64,000 bases of DNA from Chloroflexota bacterium (GTDB lineage: Bacteria > Chloroflexota > UBA11872 > VXNJ01): assembly GCA_965261345.1 (NCBI GenBank), contig OZ253449.1, positions 768,001-832,000 of the forward strand. The letters are read 5' to 3'. Shown here one piece after another: positions 10,575-20,778 of the stretch (position 1 is its first letter; each line of letters starts with the position of its first letter). The notes below the pieces were generated by a model, which was not told where the DNA came from, did no database searches, and saw nothing but the letters and a program-made list of their open reading frames with translations. The translations under genes and the position numbers were made by a program.

Positions 10575-11120
10575 TCAGTTCGAATCGATGGACAAGACCG
10601 CGCGCGCCAGGGCCGGGCGGTCGGCGGCCAGGAACAGTTGCTGGCCGGCCAGCCCCACCGAGAGCAGTTGGTCGAATTGAACGTCATCGTGGCATACGAC
10701 AAAGTCCGCCCGCCGGGCGGCGCCGAGCCAGCCCGGCCCGGCCGGCTGGCCGACCGGCAATTCGAGTGCGTACCGGAGACGGCGGCGGGAGGCGAGCTTT
10801 CGCAGCCATCTCCATACAGCCAAATTGGACGCGTAGATCAATTGACGACCGGGCAGCCTGGCACAGTACAGGAATGCATTGACGGCGAATCCGTGGCAAC
10901 GCGAACCGGCCGACCAGCCGGGCGCCGGCAGTCCCACCATTCCAAACGTGGCCGTCACCCCCAGCTGGGCAAACGGGCTCGGGCCGCCGCCAGAGCGGGC
11001 CAGGTCCGCGCGCGGATAGAGCACTCGAGTTTGTTCGATTCCCATCGCCAGGTCCCGGGCGGCCAGGCCTGCCGTCCGCATCCAGGCCCGCCGGCGTCCG
11101 TCGGGGGCAGTCGCCACCAC
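10575..11120 (-). CDS. Hypothetical protein
   Basis: 181 aa ORF at the end of a co-oriented operon; no recognised motif. Confidence 0.45.
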   Translation of the reverse strand: MVATAPDGRRRAWMRTAGLAARDLAMGIEQTRVLYPRADLARSGGGPSPFAQLGVTATFGMVGLPAPGWSAGSRCHGFAVNAFLYCARLPGRQLIYASNLAVWRWLRKLASRRRLRYALELPVGQPAGPGWLGAARRADFVVCHDDVQFDQLLSVGLAGQQLFLAADRPALARAVLSIDSN

Positions 11121-11147
11121 CGTAACCTGCCACGGGTTGCGGGACAG

Positions 11148-12470
11148 TTAACGCCTCCGGTAGGCGCGCAGATTAACCAGCCCCAATAGGGCCAATACCG
11201 TGCCGGTAACGGTCAATAGCCCGGTTGCGACCGCCAATCCGGCTGCGACCAGGCGCTCGCCGGTCGTAAAGTGCTGCTGCAGCCGCAGCTCCAGCTGCAC
11301 CAAGCCATTTTCGGCGCCGCGCAGCGCGATCATGCCGCGGCCCGGATCGGCGCCCGAGAAATCTAGATCAAACGTTGCCGGAGACTGCGATTGCGAGGCG
11401 CGGCTGAAGGTGAACAGCTGCGGGCCGCCGGCAACCAGGCTGTCGGAGCTTACCTCCACGCTACCCGTACCGGAGAGGGCATATAGCCTAGCCCCGAGGA
11501 TCTCTGGTCCCAGCGGAACCGTCAGGTTGGCTTCCGGACGGTTTGCATCCAAGGTTATGAACGTCCGATCATCGGTCGGAAATCGATCCACGCCGGGGTC
11601 TGAGAGGAAGGCCCGCAGCAGCAGGCAGGCCAAAAAAATCACCAGCACTGGTCGGCCCAGCGCCGAATTGGCGTCGGCGGTCTGCTCGAGCCAGGCCGGC
11701 ATCAGGCGGGCGGTGTCGCGGGCCACCACCGAGATGTCCGGACGGCCGACAAATTCGGGCTCCGGCCGCCGCGGGCGCCCGCGCAGCCGTCCGGCCGCCA
11801 GGCGGGTGTCCCGCACCCGCCGATGGTATCCGGTCATATCCAAATTCCGGGGACTGTCCGCCGGGTCGTCTGGTCGCGATGCTCGGCCAAAGCGCAGCCA
11901 GGTCCGCAACCACCAGGGAATCGCCGCCAGCAGCAGTATCAGCACCGCCGCGCTGGCGATCGCCCAGGCTTGATCCTGCCGACCTATTACGGTTGCGAAA
12001 TCGCTCAGCGGATTCGGATTTGCGGTCGTCCCCCAATCGGAAGCGATTCCAATACGTTCCCCGCTAGCCCACAACAACGCGGCCGAGAGCAGGCCGGCCG
12101 CCGGCAGTGCATAGGCGATCAGCACGGCCACCTCCGGAAGTTGCCGCGAAAAGCTGCGAATGGCCGGGATCGCCACCAGGGCACCGGCAAGGGCGGTGAT
12201 AGCCACCGGTAATCCCTGGCCCAAAAGGGTGCCCAGCGGGGCATCCTGGCCCAGGCCGGTTACCAGCGCCCAGACCAGCAGCACGACTCCCGCATAGCCC
12301 GCCGCGACGGTGGCGGTGGCGGCGGCCCCACCGCGAAGCACTGCGAGTCGCAGCGGTTGTCCGCCAAGCTCGGCGAGCGCGTCGGCATCGATCCGCAGCA
12401 AAAATGCGATCGCTCCACCCGGCCGTTCCAGGGCTTCTATCGCTCCTTGCGCCACCACGAGCTGTGGCAA
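11148..12470 (-). CDS. Hypothetical multi-pass membrane protein
   Basis: Several hydrophobic segments; overlaps the upstream ORF. Confidence 0.65.
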   Translation of the reverse strand: MPQLVVAQGAIEALERPGGAIAFLLRIDADALAELGGQPLRLAVLRGGAAATATVAAGYAGVVLLVWALVTGLGQDAPLGTLLGQGLPVAITALAGALVAIPAIRSFSRQLPEVAVLIAYALPAAGLLSAALLWASGERIGIASDWGTTANPNPLSDFATVIGRQDQAWAIASAAVLILLLAAIPWWLRTWLRFGRASRPDDPADSPRNLDMTGYHRRVRDTRLAAGRLRGRPRRPEPEFVGRPDISVVARDTARLMPAWLEQTADANSALGRPVLVIFLACLLLRAFLSDPGVDRFPTDDRTFITLDANRPEANLTVPLGPEILGARLYALSGTGSVEVSSDSLVAGGPQLFTFSRASQSQSPATFDLDFSGADPGRGMIALRGAENGLVQLELRLQQHFTTGERLVAAGLAVATGLLTVTGTVLALLGLVNLRAYRRR

Positions 12471-12793
12471 AAGGGGTCGACGTGCTCGGGGTCGCTGTCC
12501 CGCACAAATCCCGCAAATTCAAGGCGCTGGTCGTTGCGCAATGCCACTGAAATTACTTGACCATGCAGGGCCATCAGGCCCAGGTCGGGGTCGTCGCCCA
12601 AAGTTTTGAGGGCAGCTTTGTAGGCTTCGGCGCGTCCACCGTCGGAGATTAGTACCGCGATGAAGCGGCGGGTTGAGAACTGGCAGACCGGCAAGCTGGA
12701 AATCAAGTCCACGATCAGCGGCTCCAAAATAACGCGGGCTTCGGAAACATCGGGCTCCATAAACCCTTGCGGGCCCAGGGGGTCGGCATGCAT
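12437..12793 (-). CDS. Hypothetical protein
   Basis: 118 aa ORF starting 4 nt after the ctpA stop. Confidence 0.6.
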   Translation of the reverse strand: MHADPLGPQGFMEPDVSEARVILEPLIVDLISSLPVCQFSTRRFIAVLISDGGRAEAYKAALKTLGDDPDLGLMALHGQVISVALRNDQRLEFAGFVRDSDPEHVDPFCHSSWWRKER

Positions 12794-12797
12794 GTTC

Positions 12798-14096
12798 CTA
12801 GGTTGCCTCCGACAATATCAGGCAGCAGGTGGGATCGTTGCGCAACAGTTCAAGGGCAGCTTGCAGATAAATATCGTCGCTGCTATGGTCGCTCGGACCG
12901 ATCGCATCCGCCAACTCCACGCCGGGTTCGAGTCCGCTGCCGTCGAGCCCAACTCCGGCGGCAGTCAACCATTTTCCAACTGTGACCTTGATCAACGACT
13001 GATCGGATAGATCAAAGGCAACTTGCACCGAACCCTTGCCAAAAGTCTTCGTACCCACCAGTGTCGCCCGCGAATTGTCAACCAGTGCGGCTGCCAACAC
13101 CTCGGCCGCCGAGGCCGTGTTGGCGTCAACTAGGACCGCCAGCGGCGTCGCCAGGGCAATACCGTCACTGCCAGTGCGGTGCCGGATGCTGGGACCCAAC
13201 CTCTGAGTTTGGATCGCCACGGTTGAACCGTCGGGCAAGAAATGCGACGAGGCGCCCAGCGCCGCATCCAGAAAGCCGCCGCCGTTGCCCCGCAGATCGA
13301 GCACCAGTCCGTCAAGATCTTGCTCCTGCAGCCGCACAATTTCATTCCCCAACTCGGTCGCGGTGCGATATCCGAACCGGGTCAGTTCGATGATCCCGTA
13401 ACGGTCCACCACCTTACCCCAAACGGTCGGCGGAATGATTTCATCGCGCACGATCGCCACCCGCAATTGCTCATTGGTGTCGGCGCGGTAGACGTCCAGT
13501 TCCACCGAGCTGCCGGACTCACCTCGAATCAGCTCCAACCCTTTGACCAGTGCGTCCCCGGAGAGTTCGACGCCATTGACCTGCACAATCCGGTCGCCGG
13601 GTGCCAGCCCGGCCCGTTCGGCCGGCGAATCGGGTATGACGCGCTTTACGAAGACCGCGCCGCTGGAGTCAACCGCCAGGCTCACCCCGATGCCCGTAAA
13701 CCGGCCGGCCATCCAATCGCGGTGATCACCGGCCTGGTCCGGGGCCAAATAGTACGTGTTGGCGTCCTCGGCGGCCTCCACCATGCCGGCTATTGCCCCG
13801 CGCATGAGCTGTTGTTGGTCCAGCGGGCCGACATAAAAATTCTCTTGCAGCGTTTTCCATGCCTGCCAAAAAACTCCGATTTCGCCCTCGATGGTGGAGA
13901 CCCGACCGGGGTTCGGAATACCATCGCGAAACGGTGTTGGCAAGCTTGACCGTCCCAGCCAGACCCCTAAAACAAGGCACACCGCACCCAGCAATAGCGC
14001 CACAGCCAGCGGCAGCGGTCGGGCCAACGCGGCGGTGACCCGCCGGGGTGCCGGCAAGCGTGAAGGCCTTTCGCCTAAAACCCGAATTCGATCCAA
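12798..14096 (-). CDS. ctpA: C-terminal processing protease, S41 family with PDZ domain
   Basis: GIGV PDZ, LDLRGNGGG, TASAAE, TFGKGSVQ. Confidence 0.93.
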   Translation of the reverse strand: MDRIRVLGERPSRLPAPRRVTAALARPLPLAVALLLGAVCLVLGVWLGRSSLPTPFRDGIPNPGRVSTIEGEIGVFWQAWKTLQENFYVGPLDQQQLMRGAIAGMVEAAEDANTYYLAPDQAGDHRDWMAGRFTGIGVSLAVDSSGAVFVKRVIPDSPAERAGLAPGDRIVQVNGVELSGDALVKGLELIRGESGSSVELDVYRADTNEQLRVAIVRDEIIPPTVWGKVVDRYGIIELTRFGYRTATELGNEIVRLQEQDLDGLVLDLRGNGGGFLDAALGASSHFLPDGSTVAIQTQRLGPSIRHRTGSDGIALATPLAVLVDANTASAAEVLAAALVDNSRATLVGTKTFGKGSVQVAFDLSDQSLIKVTVGKWLTAAGVGLDGSGLEPGVELADAIGPSDHSSDDIYLQAALELLRNDPTCCLILSEAT

Positions 14097-15328
14097 TCGC
14101 GCGGGTTTACCTGGACACCATGGCGTCGCACCTCAAAGTGGAGGTGGGGACCGGTGGTCCAACCGGTAAGTCCGACGTAGCCGATGGTGTCGCCGATCCC
14201 CACCGTTTGCCCAACCCTAACCGGCGGCGGATGGGTTGTATCACCCAGATGGGCATAAAGAGTCTCTTCGGAGGTGCTGTGCGCAATGATGACTGTCATC
14301 CCATAGGAGGCCCAGCGGTTGCCGGGGATGGCGTAACCGGACTTGAGCACCAGACCGCTCGAGGATGCCACCACCGGGGTGGCCAACGGGGCGGCGATAT
14401 CCATTCCCAGATGCGGACATTGGCCGTAGGTGCACCCGCCGTATTCGGTAGTTACTATTCCATAGAGCGGTGCGAAGAAGGCGCCGCCAAACAACCCGGC
14501 GGCGCGCCGCCGAGCTTCGGCCAATTCGCGTTCGCGCTCGATCCGGGCCAATTCGTCCTCAATGGCCCCTTTCAGGTAATCGATCTGCAAGTTCAGAGCG
14601 GTCTGTTCGGCGCCAAACGCGCTCACGTCGGCCTCGTATCCAACCTGCTGGCGTTTTACTTCTTCGACTCGCTGGCGGTGTTCTTCCCAACGGCGGTCGA
14701 GGGCGACCTGCACCTCGGCCTTTTGGTCGCGTAATTGGGCCAAACTATCCTGCTGGTCGGTTAGAAGGTCATAGCGCAACCTGATCTCCTCGCGCTTTCC
14801 CAGCAGCCGGGTGATCTCGTCCTGATCCTGGCGCAGCACCGACTCGAGCGCGGCGACCTTGTCCAACCCCTCGGTGAGGGAGTCAGAGGAAAGGATTAGG
14901 GTTAGCGGGCTGGTACCGCGCGAGGCCTTGTAGATCGCCCGTATGCGGCCCGCCACCGAACGTCGGATAAGTTCGAATTCGGATTCAAGATCGCCGATCT
15001 CACGCCGGGTTCGCTCTGCCTCCAGCGCCCCTACGTCCATTTCTTGATCGATCGCCTGCGAGCGCGCCAGTTCCCGAAAGCGCGCCTGGTCGGTAACTCG
15101 CAGCTGCACCTGGAGCGCCGAAGACCGGGCGGCGGTGGCCGCCCGCAAGGCGTCGGAAGCCGAGAGCGATTGTCCGGAAGCTTCCAATTCCTGCTGGGCG
15201 TTGTCCAGTTTGCTCTGCAAGCTGCCAAGCTCGTCGGCGTTTGAAGCGGAAGGCAGTAGGCCAGTCACCGCCCCCAGGCCGGTCAGGACCGTGCCCCGCA
15301 GGAGCAGGCGGCGCGAAAGCCTACGCAT
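14075..15328 (-). CDS. envC: EnvC-like coiled-coil M23 murein hydrolase/activator with a twin-arginine-like signal peptide
   Basis: MRRLSRRLLLRG signal, long coiled coil, HLGMD and GPHLHFE M23 motifs. Confidence 0.85.
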   Translation of the reverse strand: MRRLSRRLLLRGTVLTGLGAVTGLLPSASNADELGSLQSKLDNAQQELEASGQSLSASDALRAATAARSSALQVQLRVTDQARFRELARSQAIDQEMDVGALEAERTRREIGDLESEFELIRRSVAGRIRAIYKASRGTSPLTLILSSDSLTEGLDKVAALESVLRQDQDEITRLLGKREEIRLRYDLLTDQQDSLAQLRDQKAEVQVALDRRWEEHRQRVEEVKRQQVGYEADVSAFGAEQTALNLQIDYLKGAIEDELARIERERELAEARRRAAGLFGGAFFAPLYGIVTTEYGGCTYGQCPHLGMDIAAPLATPVVASSSGLVLKSGYAIPGNRWASYGMTVIIAHSTSEETLYAHLGDTTHPPPVRVGQTVGIGDTIGYVGLTGWTTGPHLHFEVRRHGVQVNPRDWIEFGF

Positions 15329-16001
15329 CGAACTTGCCCGCCGGAACGTCGGATGCAATCCGTCCGTCGACCAGCGTAACGACCCTCCGCAGCAAGCGGT
15401 CCACGGCGGCCGAGTCATGGGTTGCTACCAGCGCCGTGATCCCGTCGCTGGTAGCCTGCAGCAGCAGGTCCATAACCGCATGCGAGGCTTCAGGGCTGAG
15501 TGCTTCGGTCGGTTCGTCGGCAATTAGCACGTCTGGGTCGTTGACTAAGGCTTTGGCGATGGCGATGCGCTGCTGCTGGCCGCCCGACATTTCGCCCACC
15601 GCGACATTGGCCTGATCGGCCATCCCGACCCGGTCCAGGGTTGACTGGACGCGATCGCGCAGGCGCTTGCCGCCCTCGCCGGAAACTTGCAGCGGCAGTG
15701 CCACGTTAGCAAATGCGCTGCGGTCGAGAAATAGCCGGTTTTCCTGAGGAATGATTCCCAAGCGCCGCCGCAGGCGCGAGCGTTCGGCCGATCGAAGGCG
15801 GTTGACGCGCGCCGACCCGATTATTAGGCTGCCGTCGGTCGGCTCCTCTTGCAGGGTGGCAATTTTGAGCAGCGTCGACTTGCCGGCCCCATTGGCGCCA
15901 ATTACAAAAACGAATTCGTTGCGCGCGACCGCCAGGTTGACGTCCTTTAGAGCCAGGCGGTTGCGCCCATAAGCCTTGGTTACGTGGTTGAAAATGATCA
16001 C
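15321..16001 (-). CDS. Second, divergent FtsE-like ABC ATPase
   Basis: Walker A GANGAGKST, signature SGGQQQR, Walker B LIADE; D-loop reads PTEALS. Confidence 0.85.
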   Translation of the reverse strand: MIIFNHVTKAYGRNRLALKDVNLAVARNEFVFVIGANGAGKSTLLKIATLQEEPTDGSLIIGSARVNRLRSAERSRLRRRLGIIPQENRLFLDRSAFANVALPLQVSGEGGKRLRDRVQSTLDRVGMADQANVAVGEMSGGQQQRIAIAKALVNDPDVLIADEPTEALSPEASHAVMDLLLQATSDGITALVATHDSAAVDRLLRRVVTLVDGRIASDVPAGKFDA

Positions 16002-16002
16002 T

Positions 16003-16890
16003 TTACATCTGCGCGTTGCGGACCGAAAAATACGAACCCAGAGTCCCGATAACCAGACCCATCAATACGATGAAAAATGCCAAATTGACCCAGAACAGTC
16101 CGGCCGTCCGCACCGGTAGGAACGAGATTAGGGAGTTGACGACCGGCACTACCTGGATGTAGACAATCAGGGTAAGCAGGGCCGCGATGACCGATCCGAC
16201 AAATCCGATAACCGCCCCCTCGATCAGGAACGGACCGCGTACGAACCAATCGGTGGCCCCCAGCAGCTTCATGACCTCGATTTCCCGCCGGCGTGAATGC
16301 ACCGCCAGGCGGATGGTGTTGATGATCACCAGCAGGGTCACCAGCGCTAGAAGGACCAGCATCAACGCCCCGCCGATCGTAACCAGGCGGGAGGCTGTCA
16401 AAAGCCTCGATATGACGTCGGCCCGCACCAGCACCTCGTCGACATGTTCGGATTCGGAGCGGAATTCCTCGGCCAGGATCAGTATGTTCTCTGGATCCTC
16501 CATGCGCACCTCGATCGAGGCCGGGAGGGGGTTTTCGCCAATCACATCGAGAACTTCGCCCAATTCCGACAGTGACTCGCGCAAATTGTCGGCCGCTTGC
16601 TGCCGAGTCACAAAAATCACCTCGGCCACATCGGGGCGGTCCTTTAGCTCAACAACTTTCTCGGAAATCCAAATCGGCGAGGCGTCATCTTGCAGATAGA
16701 CCACCATGTTGGTCCGACGCCCCAATGCGTCGACCATTCGCTCAAGGGTGTCGTTGGCGGCCAGAAACAGGCCAAACACCAGCAACATCACGGTGGTGGT
16801 AATGATCGCCGCGACGGTGGTCAGGCGATTGCGCCACATCGATGAAAAGGCGGCCGCCGCAACGTATTGGAGGGTGTGGACGCTATTCAT
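16003..16890 (-). CDS. ftsX: Cell-division permease FtsX
   Basis: SMWRN, NPLPASIEV, NTIRLAV..RRREIEVMKLLGATDWFVRGPF. Confidence 0.95.
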   Translation of the reverse strand: MNSVHTLQYVAAAAFSSMWRNRLTTVAAIITTTVMLLVFGLFLAANDTLERMVDALGRRTNMVVYLQDDASPIWISEKVVELKDRPDVAEVIFVTRQQAADNLRESLSELGEVLDVIGENPLPASIEVRMEDPENILILAEEFRSESEHVDEVLVRADVISRLLTASRLVTIGGALMLVLLALVTLLVIINTIRLAVHSRRREIEVMKLLGATDWFVRGPFLIEGAVIGFVGSVIAALLTLIVYIQVVPVVNSLISFLPVRTAGLFWVNLAFFIVLMGLVIGTLGSYFSVRNAQM

Positions 16891-17605
16891 CCGTCTGGTC
16901 GTCCGATGCGCGCTGCGGGTCTCCGTCATAACCGGCTCGGATTTCATCACGCAGTACTCGGCCGCCGGACAGCTCAACTACCCGCTGGCGCAGCGAGTTG
17001 ACCAACTCCCGGTTGTGAGTGGCAACGATTACGGTGGTTCCCAGATCGGAAATCCGCAGCAACAACGAAATCGTGTCGCGGGCGATATCCGGGTCCAAAT
17101 TGCCGGTTGGCTCATCGGCGATCACGATCGGCGGCTTGGTGACCAGGCAGCGGGCGATCGCAACCCGCTGCTGCTCTCCGCCCGAGAGCTGGAACGGGTA
17201 ATCATCGATCCGATTGGCAAGCGACACGGTAGCCAAAGCTTCGCGCACCCGCCGTTGGGCGGAATGATCATAACCGCCGGTTACGCGTAGCGCGAATGCG
17301 ACGTTTTCGCCAACCGTGTGTTGGCTCAGCAATTTGAAGTCTTGGAAGACAACTCCCACCCGACGACGCAACTGCGGTATCTGCGAACGCGACATCCGGG
17401 CGGTGTTGACGCCGTCAATGTAGATCGCCCCGCTTGAGGGGATAAGGTCGCGGTTGAGTAGGTGGATCAACGTCGTCTTGCCGGCCCCCGATGATCCGAC
17501 CATGAATACGAATTCGCCCTGGCGAACGGTCAGATTCAGCTCACGCAGGGCGCGTTCGCCACCCGGATAGCGGTATTCGACGTTGCGGGCAACGATGATC
17601 GGCAT
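16883..17605 (-). CDS. ftsE: Cell-division ATPase FtsE
   Basis: [40 protein letters not shown]. Confidence 0.93.
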   Translation of the reverse strand: MPIIVARNVEYRYPGGERALRELNLTVRQGEFVFMVGSSGAGKTTLIHLLNRDLIPSSGAIYIDGVNTARMSRSQIPQLRRRVGVVFQDFKLLSQHTVGENVAFALRVTGGYDHSAQRRVREALATVSLANRIDDYPFQLSGGEQQRVAIARCLVTKPPIVIADEPTGNLDPDIARDTISLLLRISDLGTTVIVATHNRELVNSLRQRVVELSGGRVLRDEIRAGYDGDPQRASDDQTDE

Positions 17606-17744
17606 GCGACCGACCCCATAAAGGGCGTCGGCCAGCTCCAATGCCTCCTCCGGAGTGGCCGCGATCGGCTGGTCAGGAGGATTCGCGTTCAATTGGGGCG
17701 AGAGTTGGTCACGGGGAGGATGGGGTCGGCCCGATTCGCCAACA

Positions 17745-18881
17745 TCATAGGTCGCAGACCGTGCGTTCAACCAGGTGATCGACAACCCGCGCTAGCGCGA
17801 CATCACGCGACTCACCATCGGCCATCGCAGAGTTGAAAATCCGCAGCTGATTGTGTGCGCTGGTGCCGCGTTCGGTGATTGTGCGGAGGTGCTCAACCTG
17901 CGCAAGGCAATCGAAGGCATCGGCATCCGGCCGGATCAATTCGAGCAGTTCTTCGTTTAAAGCCTTGCAGGTTTTGATCTCACCCTGCCCGAAATCAAAC
18001 AGCCCGCCGTCGAGCCCGTATCGCTGCGCACGCCAGCGGTTTTCGCTAATGAGCAGATTCGGATACTGCCGCCAGCGCAGATTCGAGTGGCGCAGGCGAA
18101 CCAGCATGGACAACACGCAGCGGAATACGGCGGCCACGCAGATGGCGTCGTCCAGATACGTGCAAATGTCGGTGATTCGCATCTCGATAGTGGGAAAAAG
18201 CGCACTCGGGCGCACATCCCACCAGATCTTGGTGGCGTCCTCGATCACACCCACTCTTTGCAGGACCGCCAGACTTTGCTCGTAGTCGGCAAAGCTTTCA
18301 AATCGGTCGGGCAATCCGGTCCGCGGCAGCTCGGAGAAGACACTGGTCCGATAGGACATGAGGCCCGTGTTTTCGCCCTCCCAGAACGGCGACGAGGTGC
18401 TCGCGCACAGGAGGTGGGGTAGAAAGTAGCAGATCTGGTTGAGCAGGTCGATCCGCAAGTCGTCATCATCGATCCCGACGTGGACATGCATCCCGCCGAT
18501 CAGGGATCGGGCGCCTACAGCCTGCAGTTCGTCGCCGAGCAGCTGGTAGCGGGGTTTGTCAGAGAATTTCTGGTTCCGCCAGTTGGCAAACGGATGGGTT
18601 GATGCGGCGATCGGGGCCATCTCAAATTGGCCGGCAATTTCGGCTACGCTGGTCCGCAGGGCGGACAGCTCTTCACGCAGTTGCGGAATCGTCTGGCAGA
18701 CCTTGGTGCCCACCTCGACCTGCGCGGCCATCAGTTCGGAGCTCACCTGCCCGCCCAACCTGGCCTGCAGCGCAGTGATAAATTGCGGCGGGGGTTCAGA
18801 CACCACGTCGCGTGAACCGAGGTCAACGAGCATGTATTCCTCTTCCACGCCGATCGAAAAGCTCGGATTTAGGATTGGCAT
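17745..18881 (-). CDS. ybdK: Carboxylate-amine ligase / glutamate-cysteine ligase GCS2 (YbdK-like)
   Basis: GVEEEY, GMHVHVG, SSPFW, WWDVRP; RBS AAGGAG upstream. Confidence 0.92.
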   Translation of the reverse strand: MPILNPSFSIGVEEEYMLVDLGSRDVVSEPPPQFITALQARLGGQVSSELMAAQVEVGTKVCQTIPQLREELSALRTSVAEIAGQFEMAPIAASTHPFANWRNQKFSDKPRYQLLGDELQAVGARSLIGGMHVHVGIDDDDLRIDLLNQICYFLPHLLCASTSSPFWEGENTGLMSYRTSVFSELPRTGLPDRFESFADYEQSLAVLQRVGVIEDATKIWWDVRPSALFPTIEMRITDICTYLDDAICVAAVFRCVLSMLVRLRHSNLRWRQYPNLLISENRWRAQRYGLDGGLFDFGQGEIKTCKALNEELLELIRPDADAFDCLAQVEHLRTITERGTSAHNQLRIFNSAMADGESRDVALARVVDHLVERTVCDL

Positions 18882-18946
18882 CAATACTCCTTTCCGGCGG
18901 TCGGCCACAGATCAGTTGAGCGCAAGGCCGCTCACCTTAACAAAAT

Positions 18947-20599
18947 TCAGCGGCGCCGCGGACCAAAGCGCCGCAGGCGCGGACGGCGCGGCGGCTGGAA
19001 CCGGTCGGGACGCAGGCGATTGAGTTGCCTGAATCGATTAAATCCGAACCCCCGGCTGTGGGACCGCGCCAATCGAGCCACGCCGCTACCTTCAATCGCC
19101 GGCCGAGGGGTTTGCAGGGGAACGATGAATAGACGCCTGGCAGGAAGATCGGGCGAGCCGTCGGCCGCCCGCTGCCTGACTGCAAACTGCGGCGGGCGGC
19201 GGCGGGTCGCCAAGAATCCAATCAGGCCCAGGATGGCGAGCACGGAAACCCCGGTAATTGCCACGAATGACCGGGTGCCCGCGTCGGGTTCGGGCAATTC
19301 GTCGTTACCCAGAATGGTTTCCGCCGCCTCTGCCAGCTCGTCTAGCACCAGCGTCGAAACCGGGGTGCGTTGTTCCTCAGGATTGCTTCCATCCGGTTGT
19401 GTGACCGGGGCCGCAAGCAAATTGTTTTCGCTGCCGGAATCTATCGCCTCGGCGGCCAAACTGGCGAGCCAATCGGCCTCGAGGGTCCCCGAATCAAATC
19501 CGTAGGCTGCCAGCAAAGACTCGTCTTCGGTATTTCCGGCGGCGAACGCAGCCAACAGTTTGCGGATCGAGGCGGCCCCATGGCTATCGATCAAATAGTT
19601 GACCATCGAATAGCTCTGAGCGTAAACCAATGAAATGCCGGCGCGGTCAATCGGCAGGTAGCCGTGCAGGCCACGCAGCGGAATGATCTCGCCATCGCGA
19701 TAGGCGGCGGCAACCTTGGAGTCGTACTTGTCGCCGCCGTCCACCTGGGAGTCGATCCAGGTGGCCAACCCCTCGTGGATCCAGGTTGGCAACGGACCCC
19801 ACGGGCCGCGCAGGTTTTGGTCAATTGCGGCATGGGTCAATTCATGCGCCAGCACCCCGTGAAGGGTCAGTTGACTGGGGTAATTCTGCTCCAGATCGCT
19901 CTGATCAGCCTGCAGCATGATCAATTCGTAGGCGCTAATCCAGATGCCCTTGAGCCCCGAATCGGGGGCCTCGTCCAGGATCGCGTAGAAGTCCTCGTAG
20001 GTCGGGTAGATGACGATCTTGGCCTGCCGCGGGAGCGTGAGTCCCAATTGGCGCTCGATCAGATCCATCGAATCGACCACAGCCATCAGCGCGGCCGGCC
20101 CGACGTCGGGATCATTGCCGTAGAAAAATACCCGAACCCGCGGATCGGATTGAACCCGCCACGGCCTATCGGGAGTAACCAGTAAAACCGACCGCTGTGC
20201 GGTGACGTGATTGACTCCCTCGGCATCCGTGAACCTCCACTGATAGTGGAATTCCAGACCGGTCCACAAGTCGCCCAGCAAGTCGAGCTCAAAAAGGGCG
20301 GCCAAACGGTCCTGATTTCGGACCGTTTCGACAAATTCGATGTGGGTCCAGGCGCGTTCGGGCAGTTGCAGCAGGATCGCCGCCCCGACCGGATCGGGTC
20401 CGGACCAGGGTACCTCTACATAGAGTTCGACGACGTCGGAGTCAAATCGCGGATATTCGCGCAGCGCCACCGGGTCGATCGTTTGCTCGGGGCCGAGGGC
20501 CCGGGCAACTGGCGCGGATACCCAAACGAGGCCAAGGAAGGCAAGCACGATAAAAACCGCCCACCCCTGCTGTAACCGGGGTAGCAGATCAGTGTTCAT
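18947..20599 (-). CDS. Membrane-anchored peptidase MA-family metalloprotease
   Basis: Signal peptide, HELTH...EGLA zinc motif, C-terminal TM helix. Confidence 0.85.
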   Translation of the reverse strand: MNTDLLPRLQQGWAVFIVLAFLGLVWVSAPVARALGPEQTIDPVALREYPRFDSDVVELYVEVPWSGPDPVGAAILLQLPERAWTHIEFVETVRNQDRLAALFELDLLGDLWTGLEFHYQWRFTDAEGVNHVTAQRSVLLVTPDRPWRVQSDPRVRVFFYGNDPDVGPAALMAVVDSMDLIERQLGLTLPRQAKIVIYPTYEDFYAILDEAPDSGLKGIWISAYELIMLQADQSDLEQNYPSQLTLHGVLAHELTHAAIDQNLRGPWGPLPTWIHEGLATWIDSQVDGGDKYDSKVAAAYRDGEIIPLRGLHGYLPIDRAGISLVYAQSYSMVNYLIDSHGAASIRKLLAAFAAGNTEDESLLAAYGFDSGTLEADWLASLAAEAIDSGSENNLLAAPVTQPDGSNPEEQRTPVSTLVLDELAEAAETILGNDELPEPDAGTRSFVAITGVSVLAILGLIGFLATRRRPPQFAVRQRAADGSPDLPARRLFIVPLQTPRPAIEGSGVARLARSHSRGFGFNRFRQLNRLRPDRFQPPRRPRLRRFGPRRR

Positions 20600-20778
20600 G
20601 CGGAAATTTGGCAATGCTGTTGGTGACCGAGATTCCTCGCGGCAGGCGGGGTCGGTGGGACTGCTCAACGGCGCGGCGGCACATGGTTGGCCATCGTCGA
20701 TATTTAAGTTTCGTTTACGGTCGAGGTGCCCGAAATCGGGTTGGTGTGAACCAGTGATTGCCCAATCGCCGGATCGGT

